This document shows, piece after piece, positions 21,549 through 31,454 of a stretch of 60,179 nucleotides of DNA. Under the pieces are notes generated by a model, which saw only the letters and a list, made by a program, of their open reading frames with translations, searched no databases and was not told the DNA's origin. The position numbers and the translations under genes were made by a program. Positions within the stretch are counted from its first letter, which is position 1. Every line of letters starts with the position of its first letter. The stretch spans positions 1 to 60,179 of the forward strand of contig CAVSLC010000017.1 in the NCBI GenBank assembly GCA_963728565.1, written 5' to 3'. This stretch comes from an uncultured delta proteobacterium. Lineage in GTDB: Bacteria > Desulfobacterota > Binatia > UBA9968.

Positions 21549-22085
21549 TCATTGACGTTGCCCCGGTGGCTCGAGCTTCTGAAGGACTGCCGAGAAAGAT
21601 TTCTCTGAGGGAAATTCCACGATCAATAGAACCACCGCCAGCGCCGACAATAGATACTGGTCGAGCAAAAAGCGGCCCATCAACGCCAGAATCATACCGT
21701 ACACCGCAATCGCTTCGATAATGGCAAAGAGCACGATCTTGCGGGTGACGTAAGTCGAAACCACCGCGGCGGCGCGCTCTTCATTGGCGCCTTTGTACCC
21801 TTCCAACGCACGCAGCCGTTTGCTCTTCTTGGCGTCGCGCAGCACTGCTTCCGGCGCCAGATAACGCTTCCAGTAAACGTAGTAGCCGAAATCAATCAGC
21901 GCGAGAAGCCAAAACACGGCTCTGGCGGCGGCAGCATAAGAAAACCCGCGTGCGAAATCGGGATTCGCCAACAGGTGACGTGAGATGAAAAGGTAGATGG
22001 CGATGGATATCACAAAGAAACTCCAGATGATGACGGCCGCGCCGCGCTGGTCCAGCAATATTGTTTTGAATTCGGGACGAATCAT
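21549..22085 (-). CDS. Hypothetical membrane protein (about 4 TM segments)
   Basis: 178-aa ORF with four hydrophobic stretches. Confidence 0.75.
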   Translation of the reverse strand: MIRPEFKTILLDQRGAAVIIWSFFVISIAIYLFISRHLLANPDFARGFSYAAAARAVFWLLALIDFGYYVYWKRYLAPEAVLRDAKKSKRLRALEGYKGANEERAAAVVSTYVTRKIVLFAIIEAIAVYGMILALMGRFLLDQYLLSALAVVLLIVEFPSEKSFSAVLQKLEPPGQRQ

Positions 22086-22307
22086 TCGGCTAATATCCTC
22101 GTGCGGGTCGATTTAGTTCTTCCTTCTAACTTGCCGCGAAGGTCTCGACCCGGCTGATAGAGTACGCGATTACATTATTCTTCCGCGCATTTCCTGTCCA
22201 TGGAAAAGGTAGAGCCATGCAGTGGCGGAGTCCAAACAGCGCGCGCGTCTTGTCGGATAAAAGCTGCGATGCTATAGCGGCAAAAGCGATTCTGTACTGG
22301 AGGCGAA

Positions 22308-23900
22308 ATGGCTGAATTCGATATTGTCATTCATGGCGGGCAGATAATCGACGGCACTGGCAACCCTTGGTTCTATGCCGATATCGGAATTAGCAATGGG
22401 AAGATCGCCGCCGTCGGTAAGATCAACCCGGAGGCTGGCCGGCGCGCCATTTCGGCGAAAGGCTTTGTCGTGAGTCCCGGCTACATCGACATGCACACCC
22501 ATAGCGATCAGCCCGTGATCGCCGACGGCAATGCCGAAAGTAAAGTGCGCCAGGGAGTGACCCTCGATATCATCGGCGAGAGCCAGACGGTGGCGCCGCT
22601 AGAAGGCGCAGTGCTCGAAGAATATCGACTCGAGCACCGCCGGCGCAATGGCATCGAGGCCGACTGGAAAACTTTCACCGATTATTTCAACAGGCTGATG
22701 AAGGACGGGACTTCCATCAATGTGGCTTCCGGCGTCTCGCCTCAGCAGGTTAAGCGGGTGGTATGCGGCTTTGAAGAACGGCCTGCCAGTGCCAGTGAGC
22801 AGGAGAAGATGAATCGCCTGGTGGCCCAAGCCATGGAGGAAGGCGCTCTCGGGCTCACCGCTGCATGGCATGCAAAAGGCCCTGAGAGTCCGGAAGAAGT
22901 TGTCGAGATGGCCAAAGTGGTCAAGCGCTACGGCGGCTACTACGGCGTTCACGTCGGCAGCGAAGGCTTCGATATGATGGAAGAGCTGGCGAAAACGCTG
23001 CGCATCGCCCGGGAATCCAGAATTCCAATCCATGTTTATCACCTGAAGATGCGAGCAAAGGCCAATTGGGGGCGCATTCGCCAGGTTATTGAACAACTCG
23101 AGGAGGCGCGCCGCGAAGGGCTGGAGATTACCGCCAATCAATATCCCTACACCGCCATGCAGCATCCCTGGCGCAGGCTGTTTCCGCGCTGGGTTCAGGA
23201 TGCGCCGGTTAACGAAACGATATCGCAGTTTAAGAGCGCGTCGTTTCGCGAGCGAGTCATGAATGATCCTGAGTTTGATCAATACGTCAACGAGCATGGC
23301 GGTTGGGAAGGCATCGTCGCGGCGCGCTTGGACACCGAGCAGCTGAAGCCTTTCGAAGGTAAAACCATCGCCGAGATTGCCAAAATTCGCGGACAGGATC
23401 CGGTGAGCACATGCTTCGACATGATCTACGAAGAGGGCGTGTTCATCCACGGCGTGCACCACACCATGTCGGAAGAGGACGTCAAAACGGTCATGCGGGT
23501 ACCGTGGGTGTCGATCGGTTCCGACGGCAGCGCTTTGAATCTCAAGTTTCCCGGGAAGCCTCATCCGCGCAGCTTCGGCACCAACCCGAGAGTGCTGGGC
23601 AAGTACACGCGAGAGGAGAAAGTGCTCGCGCTCGAGGATGCCGTGCGCAAGATGACTTCTCTGCCGGCGCAAGTTCTCGGCTTGAAAGATCGAGGTTTGT
23701 TGCGCGATGGCTATTGGGCCGATGTGGTGGTGTTCGATCCCGATCGGGTCGCCGACATGGCCACCTACGAAAATCCCAAGCAGTACCCGAAAGGCATCGA
23801 TTACGTTTTGGTCAATGGCGCACTCGTTATTGACAACGGCCATCATACCGGCGCCCGGCCCGGTAGGGTTGTGTACGGGCCGGGAAAACGGGACGGGTGA
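22308..23900 (+). CDS. N-acyl-D-amino-acid deacylase (D-aminoacylase) family amidohydrolase
   Basis: IIDGTG, PGYIDMHTHSD, IGSDG, PHPRSFGT, AVRKMTSLPA, DRGLL, ADVVVFD. Confidence 0.92.
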   Translation: MAEFDIVIHGGQIIDGTGNPWFYADIGISNGKIAAVGKINPEAGRRAISAKGFVVSPGYIDMHTHSDQPVIADGNAESKVRQGVTLDIIGESQTVAPLEGAVLEEYRLEHRRRNGIEADWKTFTDYFNRLMKDGTSINVASGVSPQQVKRVVCGFEERPASASEQEKMNRLVAQAMEEGALGLTAAWHAKGPESPEEVVEMAKVVKRYGGYYGVHVGSEGFDMMEELAKTLRIARESRIPIHVYHLKMRAKANWGRIRQVIEQLEEARREGLEITANQYPYTAMQHPWRRLFPRWVQDAPVNETISQFKSASFRERVMNDPEFDQYVNEHGGWEGIVAARLDTEQLKPFEGKTIAEIAKIRGQDPVSTCFDMIYEEGVFIHGVHHTMSEEDVKTVMRVPWVSIGSDGSALNLKFPGKPHPRSFGTNPRVLGKYTREEKVLALEDAVRKMTSLPAQVLGLKDRGLLRDGYWADVVVFDPDRVADMATYENPKQYPKGIDYVLVNGALVIDNGHHTGARPGRVVYGPGKRDG

Positions 23901-23976
23901 AACGCGGGTCCGCATTTAAAAGTTAGAGGCGAATTCATTTGCAAACACGTCGGGCTTCCTGAATGAGGAGCATGGC

Positions 23977-24783
23977 ATGGCAGCGCCGCTGATTTCGGAC
24001 ACGTGGGAACGGGGCGATCCTTATGAGCAGTATGTCGGCCGCTGGAGCCGCCGAGTCGCGCCGCAGTTCCTCTCGTGGTTGAACATTCCTGCCGGGCGGC
24101 GCTGGCTCGATGTTGGATGCGGTACGGGAGCGCTAAGCGCGGCGATTCTCGACCAGTGTGCGCCGGTATCGGTAATCGGCGTCGAGCCTTCGGAAGGTTT
24201 TCTCGATCTGGCCAAGGCGCAGCTAGGGAATCGGGTACTGCTTCGGCGCGGCAGTGCTGCGGAGATACCGCTGGATGACAGGGCGGTTGATGTTACGGTT
24301 TCGGGATTGGTCTTGAACTTCGTTCCACATGGGCGCGCTGCTGTGAGCGAGATGGCACGGGTAACCGCATCGGGGGGTACGATCGCGGCTTACGTCTGGG
24401 ACTACTCGGGAAAAATGGAGCTGATGCGCCACTTCTGGGATGCAGCCGTCGAGCTCAATCCAGAGGCAGCGAAGCTCGACGAAGGGGTTCGCTTTCCAGT
24501 GTGCCGTCCCGAGGCGCTCAAAGAACTTTTTGCCAGCGCAGGCCTGCGCGGAGCCCAGGTGACGGCAATCGACATTCTGACGAGCTTTGCCGGTTTCGAA
24601 GACTATTGGCGGCCGTTTCTCGGCGGACAAGGACCGGCTCCGGCGTATGCTATGGCGCTCGATAACAGGGCGCGTGCGCGCCTAGCCGATCTCATAAGAG
24701 GGCGCCTCCCGTTTCAGGCTGACGGTTCCATCTTGTTAACCGCTCGGGCTTGGGCAGTGCGCGCGGCAGTCGCGGCGAGCTAA
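23977..24783 (+). CDS. Class I SAM-dependent methyltransferase
   Basis: YEQYVGRWS, WLDVGCGTG, SGLVLNFV, AAYVWDY. Confidence 0.92.
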   Translation: MAAPLISDTWERGDPYEQYVGRWSRRVAPQFLSWLNIPAGRRWLDVGCGTGALSAAILDQCAPVSVIGVEPSEGFLDLAKAQLGNRVLLRRGSAAEIPLDDRAVDVTVSGLVLNFVPHGRAAVSEMARVTASGGTIAAYVWDYSGKMELMRHFWDAAVELNPEAAKLDEGVRFPVCRPEALKELFASAGLRGAQVTAIDILTSFAGFEDYWRPFLGGQGPAPAYAMALDNRARARLADLIRGRLPFQADGSILLTARAWAVRAAVAAS

Positions 24784-24949
24784 GCATGTCAACCGCTCAA
24801 CTCATGATTCAATTCTTGGCCGCCTTTCCACGCCTGTTGCCGTTAACCGACGCATCGAACTGCGGCTGTATAAACACCGAACACCGTCCGTTCAGATTCA
24901 TCTGACGTTACGATTTCGATTAGAACTGTGTCGTTAAATCGATTTCGAA

Positions 24950-24979
24950 TTGACCGGCCGGCTATCGGTTAGATATAAC
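24950..24979 (+). promoter_or_regulatory. Candidate sigma-70 promoter
   Basis: TTGACC-N18-TATAAC, 30 nt upstream of ATG 25009. Confidence 0.4.
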
Positions 24980-25008
24980 AGCGATACTATCTGCTCGGAG
25001 GTCCCCCT

Positions 25009-26136
25009 ATGCGCTATATCGATGCCGACGGTCATGTCGAAGAAAACCCCGCGACCTTCGATGACAAGTATCTTGATCCGGCCTTTCGCCCGGTGCGCCC
25101 GCGGGTGGTAAGGGATAACGAGCTGGTTTACTGGTCAATCGACGAGCAGCTGTTTCCGCGCCGCGTCGGACGCGCCTGCAATAATCTGGGCACGCCGACC
25201 AACTATGAGGGCAAGCCATCGATCCACACGATGGGCAAACCCGAGAGCATCCCTTGCATGGAGTTGAGCGATCTTAAAGCGCGGCTCGACATTATGGACG
25301 AAGAAGAAATCGCGGTTCAGGTGCTGTACACAACATTATTTCTTGCGTATCCCTTAAGCTCCGATCCGCGGCTGGTGACCGCGCTCTGTTCCTCCTATAA
25401 CCGCTGGCTCGGCGACCGCCTGGGCAATCATGAGCGGCTTAAATGGGCGGCGGTGGCGAACCTGGATGAAGCAGATCAAGCCGTAAGACAAGTTCGGGAA
25501 GCCAAGCGGCTCGGCGCTTCGGCAGTGATGGTTCTGGGCACCGCGGGGGATCGCCAGCTCGATCACCCGTCGCTGTTTCAGTTTTATGAGACCTTGTGCC
25601 AGGAAAAACTTCCGTTAGCCGTTCACGTCGGTTGGGCCTGTCCATCGATCAACAATCTCTATTCGCATATCTATCCCTCCGGCGTAGTTGCATTTCATTT
25701 CCCCGTTCTCATGGCGTTTGCCGCGCTGATTAGCGGCGGCGTTCTCGACCGTTTTCCCGATCTCAAAGTGGTTTTCTTGGAAGCCGGCTCCATGTGGGTC
25801 CCCTACATGATCGATCGGCTCAACCACCGCTACCAAAACCAGGGGAAAAAACTTGCGCAGTTTCTGCCCCAGACCAGGCCCATCCAGCAATTGCCGGTCA
25901 TGGATTACATCAAGAACGGCAATCTCTTCTTCAGCGCCGAGCTGGAAGATTTCATCCTGCCGCAGGTGCTGGACTTGGTGGGAGAGAAGCAGGTGGTCAT
26001 GGGAACGGACATGCCCCACGGCGACCGCGAGCGCTTCGCCGCGCGCCACCTGCGAGAGAGAAAAGATTTAAGCGCCGCGGTCATGGAAAATATTCTGCAA
26101 AATAATCCGGCGCGGCTTTATAGCTTGGGGGTTTGA
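25009..26136 (+). CDS. Amidohydrolase_2 family (decarboxylase/hydratase-like)
   Basis: IDADGH, AVHVG, FLEAG, MGTDMPHGD, NPARLY. Confidence 0.9.
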   Translation: MRYIDADGHVEENPATFDDKYLDPAFRPVRPRVVRDNELVYWSIDEQLFPRRVGRACNNLGTPTNYEGKPSIHTMGKPESIPCMELSDLKARLDIMDEEEIAVQVLYTTLFLAYPLSSDPRLVTALCSSYNRWLGDRLGNHERLKWAAVANLDEADQAVRQVREAKRLGASAVMVLGTAGDRQLDHPSLFQFYETLCQEKLPLAVHVGWACPSINNLYSHIYPSGVVAFHFPVLMAFAALISGGVLDRFPDLKVVFLEAGSMWVPYMIDRLNHRYQNQGKKLAQFLPQTRPIQQLPVMDYIKNGNLFFSAELEDFILPQVLDLVGEKQVVMGTDMPHGDRERFAARHLRERKDLSAAVMENILQNNPARLYSLGV

Positions 26137-26509
26137 GGCGCGTGTTTGCGCAAGCGTAAGTGATCCGTCGAGTGGGATTCCGCGATACCGTGTGCCGAAC
26201 GCTCCCGAACAACCGGGTGGAAGCGACTTCGGGTAACACGCGCCGTCGACGCTTTGCGCGTCATCAAAGCGCCTCACCTTGACGGTTCGGCTGCAATCTG
26301 TTCCTTGGAGGGTAGGATGATCCAGGGTCTGCAGATGCTATGTGGCGTTGTTCTCCTGGGCGGTGATCACCGCGGGGCAGACATGGGGTGCTGAGGCCAT
26401 CGACATTCGGCTGCAGAGCGGAACCCGCTCGAGGAGCGCCGGCGCGACCAACTGCGCCGTTTGCTGCGCACATACGACCTGCACAAATCGCTCTTTACAC
26501 CCGCCGCGC

Positions 26510-26596
26510 CGCAAGAAAGGCCTACAGCGGACTTCCCCCGGCGTCCGCTCTTGCGTCGCTCCCGGCTTGGCTAGCGGCTGAGGCCCGGCGTTAGGT
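26510..26596 (+). mobile_element. Degenerate attC site
   Basis: L'' GGCCTACAG vs L' CTGAGGCC (extra base), R' GTTAGGT at 26590-26596; R'' eroded. Confidence 0.6.
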
Positions 26597-26627
26597 TCAA
26601 GCGGCCCGCAAACTTGAATCCTCGGGT

Positions 26628-26648
26628 GGTATGAAGAATCGTCATACC
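26628..26648. promoter_or_regulatory. Candidate toxin-antitoxin operator palindrome
   Basis: GGTATGA-agaatcg-TCATACC just upstream of the antitoxin RBS. Confidence 0.65.
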
Positions 26649-26660
26649 TGGAGGTGAGTG

Positions 26661-26903
26661 ATGGGCAGATCCAAGGTAGCGATTTCTTTAGACGAGTCCA
26701 CCCTTAATCGTCTTGACAAACTAGTTCAGAAGCGAGTTTTCCCCAATCGCAGCCAAGCCATCGAGGAAGCCGTAGCGGAGAAACTCGCACGGCTGGAGAA
26801 AAGTCGTCTCGCTCAAGAGTGCGCGAAACTTGATCCGACATTCGAGAAAGCACTCGCGGAAGAAGGGCTATCCGAGGACTTAGAGGAATGGCCCGAATAC
26901 TGA
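26661..26903 (+). CDS. CopG/ribbon-helix-helix antitoxin
   Basis: KVAISLD...[12 protein letters not shown]; overlaps the toxin start. Confidence 0.88.
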   Translation: MGRSKVAISLDESTLNRLDKLVQKRVFPNRSQAIEEAVAEKLARLEKSRLAQECAKLDPTFEKALAEEGLSEDLEEWPEY

Positions 26904-27225
26904 GGGGGAGATCCGGTGGGCCGACTTGAATCCGGTACGAGGGCGAGAACAAGCCGGACAACGTTCAGTTTTGATTCTAAGCCAGGACGTTTTCAATGAA
27001 CGCTCCGGAACGGTGATCGCCGTTGCTCTCACCAGTCAGCCGCAACGCGCCGGCTTTCCTTTAACGCTCGAACTTCATGCGAGGCGACTTCCAAAGAAGT
27101 CATGGGTGAAAATCAGCCAAATCCGAACGCTCGCGGTCGAACGGATAGGAAAGGTGATTGGTCGCGCGTCTCCAGAGGAATTGGCTCAGGTCGTTGAAGG
27201 ATTGAACGAGATTATTGGAACCTAA
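26888..27225 (+). CDS. PemK/MazF-family mRNA interferase toxin; one G missing in the G-run near 26906
   Basis: MARILRG(E)[32 protein letters not shown]. Confidence 0.88.
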
Positions 27226-27267
27226 CAAACGGCTTGATCCGATTGCGGCTCAGCCTCTGCTTTAGGT
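27220..27267 (+). mobile_element. Short attC closing the TA cassette
   Basis: R'' ACCTAAC (exact complement of GTTAGGT at 26590), GGCTTGA/TCAGCC, mutated R' TTTAGGT. Confidence 0.6.
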
Positions 27268-27283
27268 GCACAAGGGAGTTCGC

Positions 27284-27730
27284 ATGTCCGAAATGAAAAC
27301 TGGTACGCGAGGAAACCTACAGGCGCTAATCCTGTTCGGGACATAACGGCGTACGTTCTTGTGGTACTAGTAAACGGTGGCGCAATATTGGCGCTGCTTA
27401 CATCTGTTGGGAAGCTGCAAGGCAAAGTAGTCCGTATAGCGGCACCCTGGAATTCTCGTTGCATGCAGCACTCCTTTTGGTGTTTTGCTCACCGGACTTA
27501 TTTCCTTTCCAACGAGACTCCGGCGCGGTCGCTATCACGAAAGATGAAGATTTCGTGCATCTTGTGGCGAAATAGCCTTTGGCTATCTTTGATTGCGGCA
27601 TTGAGACCGGCTTATGCGATTGACCCGAGATCATATGCACGACCGCGCCCCCATCTTGCGGTAGTCCAAGTTCATCGAGGCCCAGCCAACCGCCCGCCAT
27701 CAATGGAGCCGCTAAGCTCGAAGAACTATT
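27284..27730 (+). pseudogene. Degraded cassette-type membrane-protein gene
   Basis: GGGAG RBS and ATG directly after the attC; fragments EETY.ALI and LVNGGAILALL. Confidence 0.4.
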
Positions 27731-27799
27731 GATCCGGAGTACGCTTTTCGGTAGCGTTCACGCCAACTCATTCAGCCGAAGGAGGCATTGTCAGTATAT

Positions 27800-28717
27800 A
27801 TGGAGAGAAAGAAAGCCAGTGATTTCGATCCCCAATTACTTAGTCTATTCCACCGATACGTGCATGGCGGCATCAGCCGCCGCGAGTTTTTAGATGGCGC
27901 GGCCAAATTCGCCATTGGCGGCCTGACCGCCACGGCTCTCTGGGACATGCTCCGGCCCAACTATGCGTTGGCGCAGCAAGTGGCCAAGGACGATCAGCGC
28001 ATCAAAGCCGAATATACGATGTATCCCTCGCCTAAAGGAAACGCGTCGGACGGCAGCATGCGCGGATTACTCGCGCGCCCGGCAAGCGGCGAAAAATTTC
28101 CTGCCGTGCTGGTGATCCATGAAAACCGCGGCTTGAACCCCTATATCGAAGATGTCGTGCGGCGCTTGGCCGTTGCCGGTTTCATGGCCTTTGGGCCGGA
28201 CGCGACCTGGCCTCTTGGCGGTTATCCGAGCGTCGACAAGTATGGAGCCGAAGCCGATGAAAAAGCGGCAGCCATGCAAAAGCAGCTCGACGGTGGAAAA
28301 ATCACCGAGGACTTTGTCGCAGCCGCGGAGTTCCTGCTGCAACATCCGCAATCGACCGGCAAGCTCGGCGCCGTCGGATTCTGCTTCGGCGGCACTATGG
28401 TAAACAGGCTGGCTGTGCGGATGCCGCAACTTGCGGCCGGCGTTCCCTTTTACGGCGGCGCGCCGGCGGTTGAGGACGTCCCGAAGATCAAGGCCGCTTT
28501 GCTGTTAAACTTTGCCGAGCAGGATCCCAACGTCAACAAGAGGTGGCCCGAATACGAAGCCACGCTTAAAGAAAACGGCATCAAGTACGATGCGTATATT
28601 TATCCCAAGACCAACCACGGCTTTCACAACGACACGACGCCGCGGTATGACGAGGCCGCGGCCAAACTGGCCTGGCAACGCACCATCGATCATTTCAACA
28701 AGACGTTGAAGGCGTGA
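27800..28717 (+). CDS. Dienelactone hydrolase family protein (YghX-like, twin-Arg motif)
   Basis: SRREFL, HENRGLNPYIEDV, GFCFGG nucleophile motif, HGFHNDTTPRY. Confidence 0.92.
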   Translation: MERKKASDFDPQLLSLFHRYVHGGISRREFLDGAAKFAIGGLTATALWDMLRPNYALAQQVAKDDQRIKAEYTMYPSPKGNASDGSMRGLLARPASGEKFPAVLVIHENRGLNPYIEDVVRRLAVAGFMAFGPDATWPLGGYPSVDKYGAEADEKAAAMQKQLDGGKITEDFVAAAEFLLQHPQSTGKLGAVGFCFGGTMVNRLAVRMPQLAAGVPFYGGAPAVEDVPKIKAALLLNFAEQDPNVNKRWPEYEATLKENGIKYDAYIYPKTNHGFHNDTTPRYDEAAAKLAWQRTIDHFNKTLKA

Positions 28718-28972
28718 TCGGATCGCCTTGTGAGAGGCCGGTACAGCGAAAACCGTCATTGACGATGAACGGGTTTGGACGTTTCAAACGTCGAACCCGT
28801 TCGATATGTGCCAGGCATTCAATAGTTTCAGACAAACAGATCAGCGCAGGTTGCGGTTGAAATAAACCCACTCACCTGAGTCCGTTGTACTATCTCAGCC
28901 GGTCGAAGGCGCGAACCGGTCTTGACCCCAAGCCGAGTTGTCGCAGAGCACATCAGCCTCGCAGGTCATTTA

Positions 28973-29001
28973 TTGACAGCTATTGTGGGATTCGGTAGCG
29001 T
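28973..29001 (+). promoter_or_regulatory. Candidate sigma-70 promoter
   Basis: TTGACA-N17-TAGCGT upstream of 29050. Confidence 0.4.
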
Positions 29002-29049
29002 CTGCTACGCATCTTGCGCATCGCAGGACCTTTTTAGTCAGGAGAGATA

Positions 29050-29901
29050 ATGGATATAAAGCCGGTCAAAAGCGGCAAGGTAAATGTCGACGGCGTCAAT
29101 CTCTATTACGAGCTTTATGGCCAGGGAGATCCGCTGGTGTTGATTGCCGGTACCGGCATCAGCCTGGCGCCGTGGCGCATCGCTCAAGTGCCTGAGTTCT
29201 CCAAGCACTATCAGGTTTTGATTTACGATCATCGCGGGCTTGGCCGCAGCGATAAACCGGACGTTCACTACTCTACCCGGCTTTTCGCCAAAGACTGCGC
29301 CGGCTTGATGGATGCGCTGGGTATCAAAAAGGCGCACGTCATGGGGCATTCCATGGGCGGTCGGGTTGCCCAGTGGCTGGCTCTGGATTATCCCGAGAAA
29401 ATCCGCAGCCTTGTGCTATCCGGGAGCGGTTCGGGAAAATACAGCGAGCTGCTCGAAGACTATCCGCGCGGCGTGCCGCTGGATGCGGCCCTGGAAATGA
29501 TCGAAAAGGGCTATGAGAAATACCAGCACGACCATTGGGGTCCCGGCTTTATGTTCAGCGAGCAGTTTATGAAAGAGCATCCGGACGTCGTGCAAAAGTA
29601 CCAGGAGCTGATCGTCGACGAGGTTCCGCCTTTGAAGTGCTATCTGCGCCATGTGGTCGCGCGGCAGTGTCATGAGACCACCGACATCGTCGACAGAATC
29701 AAGGCGCCGACTTTGGTCATAGTCGGCAGCAAAGATACCCATGAAGGCGGCACCGGCAGTCACGTCGATTCGGCCAGAGCGCTGGCAGACAAAATTGCCG
29801 GCTCAGAGTTTGTTCTGGTCGAGGGCGGCAGGCACGGCTACTTGCGAGAAATGCCGGAAAAGGGGCATCCGCCGATCATCGACTTCCTGCGACGCCACTA
29901 A
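29050..29901 (+). CDS. Alpha/beta-fold hydrolase
   Basis: DHRGLGRS, GHSMGG, PTLVIVGSKD, GRH. Confidence 0.92.
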   Translation: MDIKPVKSGKVNVDGVNLYYELYGQGDPLVLIAGTGISLAPWRIAQVPEFSKHYQVLIYDHRGLGRSDKPDVHYSTRLFAKDCAGLMDALGIKKAHVMGHSMGGRVAQWLALDYPEKIRSLVLSGSGSGKYSELLEDYPRGVPLDAALEMIEKGYEKYQHDHWGPGFMFSEQFMKEHPDVVQKYQELIVDEVPPLKCYLRHVVARQCHETTDIVDRIKAPTLVIVGSKDTHEGGTGSHVDSARALADKIAGSEFVLVEGGRHGYLREMPEKGHPPIIDFLRRH

Positions 29902-30029
29902 ACAGGTTGACCAAAAGATCTCATATGCTTCGTTTCGCTCGATCGCCTCACGTCAACGTACTGAAACAGTACGCCTCCGTTTGTCGCTTCGTCGCGCGCC
30001 TTGCCTCTGAGACCTTTTAATCAACCTGT
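29902..30029. mobile_element. MITE-like repeat, copy 2
   Basis: ACAGGTTGACCAAAAG / CTTTTAATCAACCTGT ends; shares the ATATGCTTCGTT...CAACGTACTG..AGTACGCCTCC core with the copy at 52246. Confidence 0.7.
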
Positions 30030-30119
30030 ACTGAAAGTGAGTGAAGCCGAAAACACGACCTTGTTCCCAGGGAGAGATTATTTTGGATCTCTATAGAGAT
30101 CATGAGAGCTAGGTGACAC

Positions 30120-31406
30120 GTGAACAAACAAGAGATTATCGACAAACAGAAAAAGTATCTTTTTTCCTGTGTCGCCACCTATTATGACCAGCCCCTGGTG
30201 ATCGATCATGCCAAAGATCATTACGTCTATGATGCCGACGGCAAAGAATTCCTGGATTTCTTCGGCGGCATTCTCACCGTAAGCGTCGGCCACTGTAACG
30301 AGCGGGTCACCAAAGCTGTCGATGAACAGAGCCATAAGCTGCAGCATATGTCGACATTGTACGCCAACGAGCCGCAGGTTCAGTTGGCGGAGAAGCTGGC
30401 GCAGATTACCCCGGGCAGATTGGAAAAGTCTTTTTTCACCAATAGCGGCACCGAAGCCAATGAGACCGCGGTATTGCTGGCGCAGATCCATACCAAGTGT
30501 CAGGACGTCATCACTCTGCGCCATAGTTACAGCGGCCGTTCGTATCTGGCGCTCAGTCTGTCGGCGCAATCGAGCTGGCGTCTGACGCCGAACGTCGTGC
30601 CCGGCGTGCACCATATCGCCAATGCCTACTGCTACCGTTGTCCCTTCGGACTGACCTATCCGAGCTGCAATATCAAATGCGCTACGGATATCGAAGAGGC
30701 GATTCAAACCATGACATCGCAGGGGCGGATCGCCGCGTTCTTGGCCGAACCGATTCAAGGCGTCGGCGGCTTTATTACGCCACCGAAAGAATACTTCAAA
30801 GAGATTGTCGGCATCGTCAAGAAATACGGCGGGCTTTTCATTTGCGACGAGGTCCAGACCGGCTGGGGCCGTACCGGCGGCAAGATGTTCGGCATCGAAC
30901 ATTGGGGCGTCGAACCCGACATCATGACCTTCGCCAAAGGCATGGCCAACGGCGTACCGATCGGGGCAACCATTGCAAGCCCGGAAATCGCCGACAGTAT
31001 GCAAGGCAACACGATTTCAACTTTCGGCGGCAATCCGGTCACATGCACCGCCGCCCATGCCACCATCAGCGTGATTGAAGAAGACAACCTGGTGGAGAAT
31101 GCCCGCGTGATGGGCAACCGGTTGCGCGAAGGTTTGAATGCACTACAGGACAAATACCCGATCATCGGCGATGTGCGCGGCATGGGCTTGATGCAAGGAA
31201 TGGAGCTTGTCGGCGAGAAGAAAAAACCGGATGCCGAGAGCACGAAGCGGCTCATGGAGTTGACCAAGAACCACGGCCTATTGCTGGGCAAAGGCGGAAC
31301 CTATGGCAACGTCGTACGGATATCACCTGCCCTGAACGTCAACAATGACCAGATCGATCAAGCGCTCAAAGTGCTGGATCAATCCTTCTCCCAACTGGGG
31401 CTTTGA
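30120..31406 (+). CDS. Class III PLP aminotransferase (AGXT2/GabT-like)
   Basis: NSGTEANE, AEPIQGVGG, DEVQTGWGRTG, FAKGMANG, TFGGNP. Confidence 0.95.
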   Translation: MNKQEIIDKQKKYLFSCVATYYDQPLVIDHAKDHYVYDADGKEFLDFFGGILTVSVGHCNERVTKAVDEQSHKLQHMSTLYANEPQVQLAEKLAQITPGRLEKSFFTNSGTEANETAVLLAQIHTKCQDVITLRHSYSGRSYLALSLSAQSSWRLTPNVVPGVHHIANAYCYRCPFGLTYPSCNIKCATDIEEAIQTMTSQGRIAAFLAEPIQGVGGFITPPKEYFKEIVGIVKKYGGLFICDEVQTGWGRTGGKMFGIEHWGVEPDIMTFAKGMANGVPIGATIASPEIADSMQGNTISTFGGNPVTCTAAHATISVIEEDNLVENARVMGNRLREGLNALQDKYPIIGDVRGMGLMQGMELVGEKKKPDAESTKRLMELTKNHGLLLGKGGTYGNVVRISPALNVNNDQIDQALKVLDQSFSQLGL

Positions 31407-31454
31407 TCGTCTGCCGGTGAATTCCCGAACGGCCTGTTCTCAATGTTCTAAAAG

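Noticed and set aside
23900-24830. Methyltransferase as a former integron cassette
   Set aside because: The flanks only faintly resemble attC ends; no intact GTTRRRY/RYYYAAC pair with L boxes.
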